A DNA stretch of 64,000 nucleotides from Ylistrum balloti (taxonomy: Eukaryota), in NCBI RefSeq assembly GCF_031769215.1, contig NW_026782168.1:124001-188000 (forward strand). Direction: 5' to 3'. A program made the position numbers and the translations under genes. Under the pieces are notes generated by a model. The model saw nothing but the letters and a program-made list of their open reading frames with translations. It had not been told where the DNA came from and did no database searches. Of this stretch, positions 25,142 through 39,200 are shown piece by piece. How positions within the stretch are numbered: the first letter of the stretch is position 1; each line of letters opens with the position of its first letter.

Positions 25142-28100
25142 TCAAAGAACAGGTTGGTGAAACACCACTCTGCCACTAAGGCAGCCCGTGACCAGCAGGG
25201 GATGGGTAGGTGAAAATTTACAAGTCAGTACATTGTTGGTATGGGACATACTGGACCCCAACTCATAAAGTTTTACCGGAGCCTTAGGCACCACCTCGCA
25301 TAACTCACTGCATTGAGAGTCGAACGTTAGCAATCGAACACCAAAACCAAACGGTGAACACACCATTCGTCCATTGGAACTAAAACACAACTCCTTAATG
25401 AAACCACGTCCAACATTGGGTTCATCAGCATAATATAATAAACGTTTTTTACATGGAAACTGTAATGGACTTTCTTCTTCCATTAAGTCATTAAGACCCT
25501 CACTGTGATTGAACTGGAATACTTGTCTTCTTGAGCCTGATCCAAACACAATAGTGAGAATGTCACTTATGGCTCGTCTTGCTTCCAGCTCGTCTGGACT
25601 GTCTGTATTCAGAGAATCACTTAAATGACTGTTTTCATCCACGTCTGGATCAGAGACCTCCCCATCCTCTTGTCCGTATGGTGGTCTCTCTCTATCTTGA
25701 TCCATCCTGATCACCACTGTATCTCCAACATCACTGTCTGTATCGGATAATGGTGATCCTGGAGACCCTGAATTCTGTGGAAAATTTGATATCCGTCTGG
25801 AATTGGTCAAATTCGGTGTAGAAATATGGGTTGAAATTCCTGTACCTGATACGTTAACATTACTCCTAGAATGGGAATTTGTGATGTGTAAGCGAGTCCT
25901 AACAGGAATGTCCGCCCCAGAATGATCTGATTCATAGTTCATTGCCCCACGCCTTTGGAGGTGGGGTATTGCGCGGTTATTTGATGGCCTCCCCCTTGAT
26001 GTCCTGGGGCGTACTGGTGATGGGGAAGGACTTGATGAATGACGTATTGGGGGTTCTTTATCACTTGAATCTTCTGTATCTTCTTTTGTATCCTGCACAT
26101 CATGTATACAAGTCCACTACAATGAAATTGAAAATGCATTTAATTTTTAAATAATTATTACCAGGTATTTTTCATAATTTTATCCATTTTAATTAAGAAA
26201 GAATTTCAATGAATGTACATACAATAATAAGCAGAAGAAATATTCTAGTCCAACTTATTATTTTTAGTGCCTGATAGTCTTCCTCTTCATTGCACTTAAG
26301 CAAACCAACAAAATTACTCTCAATTCACATACATCTCATACCATTTTGTAGATAACAGACTCAATAGAGGACTTCCATCCTGACTTGACTAAGGGGACCA
26401 ATAGATACTTACTTACCTTTAAGCATCTGTCCCTATTTGTATTTTAGGATAAATGTACTGAGTTGTATCCAAGTTTCTATCCCTGCTTATACGAGGGCAG
26501 ATTGATAAGTTGTGGGACTCATAATGAAGGGTTGACTTTTGGCAGACATACTGCATTATTTTCAAAATAATCCCCTTCAGTCTTTTGTTATGACTGTTGT
26601 TTGGCCTCTGGGGTGCAATGATGGATCAACGTTTCATCTTTGTCAAAAACCTCTGCAGAAAATTAGCTGGATCTGCCTCTAAAAGGTTCAGATTAGCATG
26701 CCACATAGTCCACATGGTGTGCTTCTGATCAACTGTCAGAAGTCTTGATAACCAACATGCTGAGAGCTTTCTCGTTGCAAGATCTTCCGTATGAATTGAA
26801 TGTACTCTTTCCTGTGAAATTCCAACTGTACTGGCTATATATCTGTCTGTAACTCACCAGTAAGCCATATCATTATCATGGACTTTAATGACCGATTCTG
26901 GGGTTGCAAGTGACAGGCCTTCCAGGACAGGTGTCACCCCAAGGCTTTGCCTGCCATGCTTAAATTCCACCACCCATCTTTTCACTGTAGCATATGAAGG
27001 GGCATCATTCTCTAGTGTTGCTTTCATATCTATTAGGATAACCTTTGGTGCTAAACCTTTACATATTCAAATACTGAATCACTGCTCTTTCAGTGCTATT
27101 GCCCATTTTGCAAAAGTCACTTGCCTTGTTCATTTTAGAGTGTTACCTCTTTGACATAAACTGATCAAATGACACCAGTCTTCGGTGCACACTCTTAAAT
27201 AGTCAGAGAATAGGAGAGGTGAAAAAGGACATCCCTGCTTAACTTCTTCAATACAACATCCACAACTTATCAATCACCCTAGTAGTTGAGGACAGGATGC
27301 ATTAACTTGCCTCAGAGTTTCTGTCCCTGCTTGTATTTTAGGATAGGATGTACTAAAAATTTCTGTTCTTGCTTTCATTTGAAGACAAAATACACAAATT
27401 TTCTTGGGAGTTTCTCTTTGCATTAACCTACCTCTGAGTTTCTGTCCCTGCTTGTATTCCTAGAAAGTACACACCAACCCTGAGGATGCACCTGAAATGT
27501 CCAATAGATCAAACATAGACTTTGATATCAAAATGCAATATTTATGTTAAGAGTCCAGGACTACCTCATCATATGAAAATCTAATTACATCAAACGGGTG
27601 TAGTAGAAAGAGTGTAAAAGAAATTAATTTAAATTCTTTCTTATTTCAATATTGTCCAATGACAGAGAGAAAATGGGAGCTGGGATTATGAGGGAAATCA
27701 AGACATCAGAAGAAACATATATACTGCCACAGGCAATTCACTAGCCAATTCAGTAATTGACACACCACATGTTTTAAGATACAATCACATACCATACTTC
27801 AGGACTCACCTGCAGTGATGCAATTACACTGGCCTTATTTCCCATTGGCCAATCATTAATGACCTCTACCCGATTTCTTTTTTTATCCGATCCTGCTGCG
27901 GCATGATTTTCAATCAGCTGTCTAAACTGATAGGGTGAAAATATAACAAGGTCCTCGGCTAAAGTTGAAAGGTCAAGGTTGTGAATTAAAAGTATATTTC
28001 CATTGTCTGTTGACACAAAAAGCTTTGTTCCATCTGGGCTCAACTTTGACCTCATTAGTGGCTTATAGTTAAATACTTTCTTTCCCTTCGTTCCATCTTC

Positions 28101-31100
28101 AGAGTAACTGCAACAAGAGTAGATCAAAAGCTATTATCTTCTTCTAGATTTTCTAATCTTAAATGAAAATGCATTTCATCCTTCCATCAGGTGAAAACAT
28201 AGAGAAATAAAAATTTTAAGTCTGACTATCGAGCAATTTAATGCCAGCAAGTTCTATAAGGTAGCACTGTGAAAGTTGTGCTGCCAAAATGTTTTCCTTT
28301 CAAAATAACAGTTGCCTTGACTTCTAGAAAACAATGTCAAAAAGTCTTTCATGTCATGAAGTTTTAACCTGATAAATTCTGAGGAACTTGACTTATTGTG
28401 TGGAAACAGACATTTCCCTTACATTACTATGACTTTACATAGAAAACCTGAAACACACCTCTAAACCAGCATTTTTAGTAAGTAAGAATTCTATAAATTT
28501 TGAAAGCAATTTTCTGTTGGTAGCAATTGTAAACATGAACTTTGGCTGTGATCAATCACCATACTTTACCCATATATATCTTCTTTATTATACAATGCAT
28601 ATGATTAGTTATTTACCTGTTGATATCCCAGGTGAATATACTGCCATCAAATCCTGAGGACAACAGAAGATCCTTATTGCTGGCATACTCCACATTCTTT
28701 ACCCAACTTGAGTGACCATTCAAATTCTGAAGTTTGTACTTTAAGTAGCGGGTATCCCACAAGGCTATAGTACTATCATCTGAACAAGTGGCTAAAACTC
28801 GTGTGTCTAAGAATCTGAAACAGCAATGCCCCACAGATCAACACATGGAACTGATGTTGACTCAACATTTTTAACATCAAAATTTAATGTTCTTATCTCC
28901 ATACAGCCCCTTTGGGATTGCAAACTTGTCTTAAACCCTGGTACCAAGAAATTCTACAGTTTGTAACAAGTGAAATCTTAACACTTAAAAAAAAAAGCAA
29001 GGTTCATTTCACTGACAGGAGCCAAAGAGTAGTAGTTTGATACTTTTTTCTATGATGACAGATTTAGACATAGATGTTTACTAGTACTTGAAATCAATGA
29101 AAAACTTCTCCTAAATGGAATGAACAGAGGCATCTATCACAGGCAGACGGTTTCCTTGCATCATTAACCCTATTAAAGTGTAGAATACCTTAATGAATCA
29201 AAGGAAAAATGTTTAGGTTGGAAGCAACCTTACTGGAAATCAAATTTGGTATGAATTCTAAAGTGCTGAAATGGAACCAGGTCAAAATAAACCTCATAGT
29301 GTTAACTCCCAAAAAGAAACTACAAATCCTTAGTTAAGAATTGTTATAAAATGTTATTTGTGAGGATCTTCAGGTGTACCAAACACCAAAATGAATGAGA
29401 TATTTTTTCAGAGATAATGAAACTCTTTTACTGGTATCTTTCATATAGTTTGTGACAGCAAAACTTTCTGAAAATATTATTATGTTTTGCTGTCACATAT
29501 TATATGAACAATAGATTTCATTCTACCATACTTTATAGTTCCAAATATACCGATACATGTATAAACCAGAAAAATATATCAGGAACATAGTTGATCATAT
29601 CATTTTCAATGTTGTTGTTGTTATCCGTTTTGTAGTATTAGCAGAAGCAGTAGTAGTAGGACCATAATATATATAAACTATTGGTATAAAACATTATATA
29701 GAGTATTATCTGTACCAACCAACTTCTGTCCATTATTGTACTACTGTCCTTGTGGTGATTTGATAGCCCTAATGTAACTAAAGGGGACAAAATCACATAC
29801 TTAACACAGTTGACACAGTCAAGGTGAGCTTTTTCTTTATGACCAGACAGTTTTCCATTAAAGGGATCAAAGAGCAGGATGCTTTTTCCTTCACAAGCAG
29901 CTGCTAACACAGATCTGTAAATAATATATAAACATATAGAACAGACACTTAAAACATTCTTTATATCTTACTTTCTGGATACGACAGCTTTACTTTGATT
30001 AGAATGTTATATGTGTGTAACATGTTGAATTATCAATTGCAATACATATATACAGGAAAAAAGTGTTGGGTAGCTCAAAAGAAAACTTTGTGATAAGTTT
30101 CATAAATCACATGGAAATGAATTAAAGTTTTTTTTTTATCAAACAAAGGATAATTCAGATAAATAGTGCAGAAGTAAATTGGACTTGTTATCTACTGTCT
30201 CCAATGCTACATCACAATGCTGCCTATGAGTATCTGATATGGCATTTCATCACATTAATCTGACACCACATGATCACTTTATATTAACACAAGGCAACAA
30301 TGTGGTTAGTGAATATACTATATGACATAAAATGAATAAAAAAAACATGGGTCACTATCCAAATTGTAGATAAATAACTCACCAACTAACAAATTAATGG
30401 AAAATATTAAACAGCCTATAAAGGAAATTGACCTTTAGCTTTCTTAAATGAAAAGTCCTTATCATTCTACAATAGTGCTCTGTTACTTAGTTCTACAATA
30501 TTTCATCACATCAAATTTGCAGTGCATGATATCAAGTATTACCTTTATCTTAATTATGGTTGACCTTGAATGACAATGTTGCCTTCACAATAAACCAAAA
30601 GCATTATTGGAATGTCCAACAATCAAGAAGTTTCACAAGATATAGTTTTGACAAATTTCAACAATCAATTTTCCATAATTCAACTTTTGAATCCTGAAAG
30701 CTGAATCAAGCTCAGAATATGGTATACTCATGCTCCACAATTATCAAGCCCGAGGGTTTCATGCTTGTGAAATAGCAGTGATAAACTTGTTCTTGTGACC
30801 TATCTTGAATATTCAACAAAGCTAACATACAATGTTGTCTTTTTTAATTGTACAGTGTCAAGTTGTACATGCAAATTTGACAACACAATTTTATTCAATT
30901 TTTTGGTTAAAGCTAACATTATGTAACCCTGGTAAATACTAGCTGTAATATACAGCTTGGCCGAAGAAAATTTCTCTTGAGCTCTAGTTGAGCATCATAC
31001 AGGAATTTGGTCCCTAGAAGAGACATTGAAATGCCAGTACATTACGGCTATTCAGCATTGGAATCGGATGTTCTATATGTGAAATAAAGTTATTATATTG

Positions 31101-31635
31101 CTTTAAAATAGTGATTCCTGTAATGTAATAACTATGTTTTACATATAGCATGTCGAATGTACGTGTTTTTGTGGTTATTGTAGTTAGTCATAACGATTTC
31201 TTTTCTATACCGCTGTGACGTCGATGAACGTCATAATGAACAGAAACATGGCGTTATTTAACTGAACACACGAGTTTAAAAAAAGCGTTATCCTCCCATT
31301 CGAGAGGATGTACCGAGAATTCAGAATTACCTAGAGAGGTGATTGTGTGATACCTGGTTATACAATATATATTATCAGAAAGAAGCATACCCGTCAGGAG
31401 AAAAATCGAAGTTGAATATGCCTCCTTGGTGAGTGTTGAGAGAGCTGTCTGATGACTCCCAAGTGTGAAGAGGTTTGATGCACGAATATAACCCAGCTGT
31501 CACTTGGCTCGATTCGCCTAGATTATGAGGAAAGCCAAGCTGCCGTCTGTCCTGCCAGCGCCAAGGATAAAACGTTCTCTGTCTTCCATTTGTTTTTGAA
31601 AATGCATTAGAACAGCCATTACCGACAAGTGTCAT
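25142..31635 (-). CDS. DCAF10: DDB1- and CUL4-associated factor 10 (WDR32), WD40 protein, 629 aa, 6 coding exons
   Basis: Exons 31391-31635, 29801-29914, 28617-28814, 27810-28107, 27432-27491, 25142-26116 with consistent phases (2,2,2,0,0); total 1890 nt. Motifs: GGIFNFDFSPDG, AHLDCVNCVKFLD, ATCSDDSTIALWD, GHSSWVKNVEY, HPQGWCVLSR, WTCIHD, NVGRGFIKELCFS, KFSPTHPLLVTGCLSGRV. Confidence 0.93.
26490..27284 (-). mobile_element. Internally deleted mariner (Tc1/mariner, irritans-like) transposon in DCAF10 intron 5
   Basis: TIRs TA|CGAGGGCAGATTGATAAGTTGTGG and CCACAACTTATCAATCACCCTAG|TA with TA target duplication. The broken transposase reads RAVIQYL..KGLAPK..DMKATL..APSYATVKRWVVEFKHGRQSL..GRP, IASTVGISQE, DETLIHHCTPEAKQQS. 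Confidence 0.88.
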
Positions 31636-33204
31636 GCTTCTTAATCACGAACTAATTACAGAACATTACTTTTTTGTTTTGATACATTCTCGTGTTCATT
31701 TCCGTCCCTTCAAATAAAGAATTCTCCGTACGGGAGGTAATGGGTCAGACGATCTACAGGATCGGGCAGGATCGGGCAGAATCAGGGTATAATAGTGCCG
31801 TTTTATTAATTTCAATGCATTTCTTTTGCATTAATACCAGCATATGTTAAACATTATGACCAATTTTGAATGAAAAATGAAGACGTATTACATAGAAAGG
31901 AAAAATGAAGACGTATTACATAAAACACTCATATATGTGTTAGTCGCGCAAGACCGAACGACGATAAACAGGATCGGGCAGAATCGGGTAGAACTCACAA
32001 AGATGCTTCTGGTCAACCTTATCACCTTTGGGGTAACCAGTTAACATTTTAAACTTGTATATTACTGGTAATTTTCATATATTGTCAGTTAATAACAACA
32101 ACATTAAAATACTGAATAGATATATCCACCTGAACATTAACAGCACCTAAAATGTCATTGTCTATTCAGTATTTTAATGTTGTCATAACTGATATTATGA
32201 GGTGGAGTGGGGTGGGTGGGCGGTCTATTACTCAAAATCCCAGAACTATATTCCTGTGAATAAATTCTCTTGAACTCATGATCAATTCATTAGTGATGAG
32301 GTGTGGTATAAATAAAATACTATCTGACTTGGACAAGTTAAAATAAGATATAATTTTAGACATCAAGGGTTCCTTTGAATTTTGATTATGATATGTTGTC
32401 TTCTATCAACACAACAGTACTTTACACTGCTTACCCTAATAAAATTAAGTAAGTCAGAAGTATACAAGAATCATCTTGTTAATCTGTCTTAACAGTATAC
32501 TCATTTTAGATTGATAAAATTGAACTTAAGATATGTAAAACTCACTCTGGGTATTTGATGAAATAACAGAAGTAAACATGTAATCAGGAAGGAAATAATG
32601 GCTCAACTTCAGTTTCATTTTGGTTGTTATAATAAATGTTATTTTATTGTTGTGTTTTGTTTCTAAAATTAATTTTATTTGTTTCCATGTTGTGGAAGAG
32701 TCAAACATTTATTGATCACATCAGAATGAACTATGTGTTAGCCAAGTATTATTATCTGGCAGTACAGGAGTTGTCTTCAGTGATGTATGTATGCACTGTA
32801 CTACGACAGTAAGTAGCAAATTGAAGCTGAACAACAGTGTGTCAATCAGGTGCATTTATATGCATCCAACAGTCATCCTGTCCATCCCTGATTTACAGAA
32901 TGATTTTTTTCATTTCAAAAATATTGTAAAAGACAATTTACACACATATATATATAAGTTATTGTGAAATTTGTGTTAAATATATTAAAATCATACTATT
33001 AGTAGTCAATGTCAAAGTTAGTTAAATAGGTCACTGTGACCCACATCAGAGGAAATGCATTTTAAGTAAAGTTGTGAATTGGAAAACAAATCATATTTGA
33101 TTATCAGAAGACTCTTAATGAATGATATTGCATTAAAATCGAAGTCTGGTAAATCTATTTGTAAAAAAAGGTAATTATAAAGACAAAGTTATGGGCACTG
33201 GAAT

Positions 33205-33520
33205 CAAGAAAGATTGTCTATGTGTCTGTCTGTAGACACATCTTGTTCAGAGAAGATCTCCTAAAGTTGTAGACCAATTTCAACTTTTCACAGAATTGTT
33301 AGGGATCATGTCATGTGTGGATGTGCATGTAACTGAAGAAATAAATATGCATCACTTTGCAATACATAATGGAGTTATTTTATTTTCATTTGGCTCAGGT
33401 AATCCTTGTAATATATTTCATATATATTTTAAAGCCATAACTGTGCGGTATATGTTCTTTTGGGGTTTCATCCATCACCAGCTTTTCCCTTCGACCATGA
33501 TTTCGAATGCATCCACAAGA
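33205..33520. mobile_element. Degenerate interspersed repeat, HINE-like
   Basis: GTGTCTGTCTGTAGACAC microsatellite remnant followed by core-like sequence; no clear termini. Confidence 0.3.
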
Positions 33521-36289
33521 TAGCTTAGTACCAGCAGCACATTTTCTCTGGAGAATACTGTTTTTTTTATGCAAGAGTTACTCTGAACACAACAAAACCG
33601 AACTTGAAAAAATTGCGGACATCTTTTTTTTTTTTAAACATTTATTGCAATTGAAAGTTTCTTTCATTTCTTCTTCTTGTTTTGCAACACTCACTAAAAA
33701 CGTTCAAAACCACTACACAAAACTGAACACTCGACAATCCCGAAAAAATCTGGAGAAAATAAGCATAAATGTGAATTTAAAGCAGATTACCAATTACAGA
33801 CTTTGTCACATTGTTACCACCTGGTGCAAGTTTTTTCGGCAACCTTTTTACCATTTGTCACGCTATATTCATAATAATTGGTCGATTGTGTCCGATCTCG
33901 TTAGCTAGTAGGCTTCACAGTGGTCATTTGTCTGACGAAAGTGACTGTTGTCATGGAAATGTCACACTTAGATCTGAACTTATTTTATTGACATTACAAA
34001 TGTGAAGAATTTGTTGAAACTACCTGAAACTTGTCTATCAGAAATGCTGTGTACATCAGAAAATTCTCATTTCGAACACTTCTGCAAATATAGAAACAGA
34101 TAAAATGACATAATGAAAATAGCTACATGTCCTTTTCTGTCAGACTGCAACTACAAAAAAGAATTTACATTTGTTATCTTGAATTCTGATCAGTTACTGT
34201 GAACTATCAGTTACTTCGTTCTTTCTAGTTGATAGACCGCCTGGCAATTTAAACAACCCACTGTGTGGTGATGGGCTTTAAATAAGAAACCAAGAAAAAC
34301 ATCAATGAAAACATACTTTTATTATGTTGAAGAAATATGTATACACAGAATGATGCCAGATAATAAAAGTCTATGCATATGATAAAAATTTACATCTACA
34401 AATTCCCATCATATATATTTGCCCTGCTGCTCCAGACAATGGTTTCTCTACATTCACAAAATATTTTATAATGTAATGTAATGTTGTAATGACATGAAGA
34501 ATGGACATTTACTTTCAAATTGAATCACCATGATTATATAACATTATAGCTCCCTGGTTCAAACTCTACTAACTATGGGAAAACAACATTAAAAAAACCC
34601 ATACATACAAAAAAGAATTTAATGATTAATCTTCAAAAATAACAAAATGTTCAGTCAAATCACTTGATAAATGAACATGACCAATATTCGAGAACAAAAT
34701 TAATTTGTTTTTACATTTATTAATCAATTTGTCTTCCAATCAAAATCTTTCCGAGAAATTTTAAAGTATGTTTGAGGCAGAATGATTGGTTGTGTTGACC
34801 TCCAATTACTTCTCTTTCATCAACTACTGATGAAAACATACTCATATGGGAAGCATAGGTAACTTAATCCTGGACAGTTACTACAGTCACTCGGTGAAAG
34901 GCATGAATATGCTGTTTAAGGTTTATAACCAGAAATATTTTTTATCAGACTAGTGATTACAGACCTGATAACACTACCACATAGAACAAAACTACACAAA
35001 TCCTGAACCTTAATGCTCATTAATATGTACATATGAGATGAAGATATAAATTGTGGCTCCAGTAGCTGCTGACTGATAAAGGGCACCTGCTTACTTCTTC
35101 TCTAAATGGGAATATACTGGACATATCTGGATCTGTAAAGCATCGAGTCAGTCTGCTGACAAATCCTCCCTGATTGGTTCTATAGTTGATTGATTCACAG
35201 ACGATATATATAACTACCACAATGGACAGTGTACATACAGACCCCATAGAGGAGATGTACATAATTATTGGACCGAATAATGACAAAGTTCATGATAAAT
35301 ACACACATATACCAGGAACAGTGAATTTTATCCTTACGACATAGCACTTGTACATTCCTGCAACATCTATGCCATGTCCAATTTCATGTCCATAAACCAT
35401 GAATTTAAAGAGATGACACTTTTACCCAGTTTGGGAAGCTTGGTTTGATGAATGAGGTTTCTATGACACAAAAAAAAGTTACAAACCTTATTTCATATTA
35501 TTTCCTCTTTAAATGTAATTGACAATGCCATTATGGCTCTGAGGAGATTCCTACAGGAACACATAAAATCAATGGACATCATTCACTTTTATCCATATTA
35601 GTTTTTGTTATATCAGTAGTTTCTTCTATTGAGAAAGTTTGTACATATTTACAACATTTTTTATTTACAAATTAAAATATTCATATAAGACTTTAAAGCA
35701 GTGTTGTAGTATTCTGCCTCTTTGCTATATATTATTGGTATTTCCTATACACATGTACCTCACAGAAAGAATTGCAAATCAGAGGTTGCAGCAAAGGAGA
35801 AATAAAAAAAAACCGATATGATCAATTAAAACAGAATGAGATAAAAATATAAAATGCATAAACACTGAAGCAATTCAGACAAATTGTTCAAATCAGTCAT
35901 CACTTTTTGTTTTGCAAACAATTCAAAAGTTCTTAGATTGAAACTATTTTCTATAATTAACTGCAACCACCCCCCCCCCCAAAAAAAATCATATTTATCA
36001 ATTACCTTTTGTTCAGTGTAAAGGAAAGGGGGAAAATGATAGGAAAAAGATTTATAAATATCCTTTGTGTAATATTGCATAGCTTTAATAATTTACTAAA
36101 TTTTCTGTTTTGAAACAGTTAAAAAATACAACTGAGAAACACAACTTCATAAGATATTCATGCTTTACAAACAAGTGAGAACTGTTTTCATTTTAAAATA
36201 CACCTTTCGAATTTGTGGTAAATTCAAATTTAGAAATAAAAATTAAAATATGTTTATCTTAAAACAGTTCTGAAGTCATCTTGGCTTGA

Positions 36290-39200
36290 CTAATTGATCT
36301 GTGGTATGTCTATGACGAGGTCAGAGAAGCCATCATCATCACTGTCGTCGAACATCGGTGCCACAGCCAGGGGATCCCCCTTACCACCTTGGACTTTCCG
36401 ACCCTCGACACAATCTGCCTTGCGACCTTTCTTACCACCTGCCTCTGGGATCACCGCACTTCCCAGTTGTCGCTTTCTCCTACTGTCCTTTTTGTTTAAG
36501 CTGCGTTTTCTATCAAGATTGGTGATAGCTTTATGAGGAATGTTTACACTTGGCAGATTTTTTGTGACAGCCTTTCCTGATTTTCTTATATCCAGCGTTT
36601 TTGAGGAATCATTCTTGCCATTCTCAGCATGACTGTCCACAGCTGAATGATTACTGTTTTGTCTCGTATTCTCTGTTAGCGTATCATTTGCCTCCCCGGC
36701 ATCTGATTGGCTGTCTGAAACAACTGAGGATGCACAACTGGACGAGGTCACCTCAGTATCTTCATGTTCCAAGCACAAGAGAATTCCATTAACCTCGATC
36801 AGATTGTCCTCTGTGTGGTTCTGACAGAATGAGTTTGGACATTCCTGGCACATCTTGACTGCCATTTTACCACAAGTGTCACAGTGATGCCAAGGGCAAT
36901 ACCAGCTCCCTGTAATATAAAGATAAATGTGCAAATCAAAGAACAAGTAATTGCAGCCTTTACTGCTGAGACAATTTTTCAAAAAAATTTGTAAACTCGG
37001 GTCATCCATCACAGGATGCTTTTGGCAAAATAGGACATTTGATCAGAAAACGTTTTTAAGATATTAACAGATGGACCCCTATGACTATAAAGTATGTAAA
37101 AGTGATTAATTTGATCTAACTTGATAGCCCCTGTATGTTAATGTCTTGGTGAGATTGGAAGGTAAGCTATCACTGTCTATGGGAAATATTTGCCCAGGGC
37201 TTTTCCCCAGTTGCCTAAACTGTTTATTTTTTACTTGAGTTAAATTTGAGATAAAACAATAAAAGCATATATATTTCAATTTGAAATCAGAACCAATAAT
37301 TTTCGCCCTATTGACAAATTCGTGAATCTGGCAAAATTTCCGTCTACTAAAGACTTGTGGGTAAAGAATCCTAAAAATTATTTGAAATCTTAAATTTATG
37401 TCTTGAGCAAGCCGTAACTTTTCATTTTATAGCTAGTAAGGCTCTCAAGAGATAACTTTGGGAATTGCTTCTGGGACATTTACCATGTGGAGGTCTGTTG
37501 AGCTTGAGACACTGGAGGTGGTAGACTTTGGGACAACCAGCCTTGTCACACATGACAAGCTCACCACCTTCCCCACATCTAAAACACTCATCTTCATGCT
37601 CTTTCTTAACATCAGTTTTTATCTTCTTGGGTTTCCTTTTCTTCTTCTTTGCTTCTAATGCTTCCTTAGCTCTTCGCTCATTAGCCACAGCAGCGGCTGT
37701 CTACAATCACACAACCATACATTGATAATATAATCTACTGAATCAACACAAGAATATTAATGACATAAAGATCGTATTCTCGCAAGAGATCCAATCAATA
37801 ATCAAATGAAACCCAAGCCTACAAATCAAGTATTCCTATATCATCATTGTAGTCATTGAAACCAACAGTTTGTATATCCTTTACAGTCTTAAACAATACA
37901 TGCCAAGCAAATCTGAAACAATTGGCTTACCTTAGGTCGTACTCCTAGAAACCCACTGCAATTGGGAGCTCCACAACAACAAGCTGTCTTATCATTACCA
38001 AGGCATTCTAGATTGTAGTTGAATGTCAGTTCAGAACCTGGCAATAGGCATAAACAGAACATTCTGATAAAACTCTCCAACACTGTCAAGTTCTTATTCA
38101 ATGCAAATAACTTAAAACATCTGAACTAAATATAAAGTATTGAGCAAATAAGTGTCTTAAAAACATCATTTATATAACTAAAGGTCAAAAGGTTATTTTA
38201 CATAAATTCCAATGCAGAACGATGGAAAACATTTTTAAATTTGGAAGTTTGATGGTCTTTTACAATATTTTCAGGGATATTTTTTGGGGTGAAAAAATTG
38301 CTCAGGAGGTATGATATTGCAGGTAAACATTTTTGGCGCTTTGATAAACATGACACCACAAAAGAAAACTGGTAACTGTACAATATGTCTTCGTCTCTAT
38401 TCAATTTGATGGAAGTGATGCTAAACAACAATAAAACAAATGCAGTTTACATAGTTTCATCCAAGATATTGGGTCATTTAAATGCCTTCATGTCCGATAT
38501 ACTGGTTAAAACTACAATTGAATGTTGAGTTCAATGAAGACACCAACCTGCTGGTATGTCGTTTAGGGCAAAAAGGCCTACACGTACATCACCATTGACA
38601 GTCCACTTCTGTGTCTCACAATTCGGATTGCAACAGTGATTCATGAACCGAGACAGATTACCTTTTGGCCCAGCATCTATAATTCTACAAGACAGAAAAT
38701 ATTGGTTGTAGACATATAAACTGATATTGTAATTTTGTTTTAGGTGCTCTGGCTTTCATCAATTCAGAAGATTATGTCTACAATACATTTTACCCACCTG
38801 TTTTTGTCCAAAGTTAACATGTAGAAATTACAAATATTGTTCTCATGAGCGTCATCAATTCTCTTTTTCACCTCTAGTTCGTCAATCAAGTCTCCAACAT
38901 ACTCATTCACAAACTGGCCCTGTAAAGTCAATATGATTTCATAAATATCAAACAAAAGACTAATTAAATTAAAAAAATAAATAATTAAATGAAATTATGA
39001 CAAAACAGTTTTGAACACCAATACACATGTACAAAGAAAAATAAAATCCTTTTCAAAATTCAGCTTTACTATGACCACAGTGGGGAAAGAATACCGTCAA
39101 ATATGCTTTTACGATATTTCAATAACAAGAAACAGACAATAGCTTCCTCCTCTGACTGAAGATTATTTTCAAAGTATCTAGAAGACAACCTTTAGAGTAT

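Noticed and set aside
33947-33960. RFX X-box-like motif GTTGTCATGGAAAT
   Set aside because: Imperfect match and no downstream gene identified; a single motif is not sufficient.
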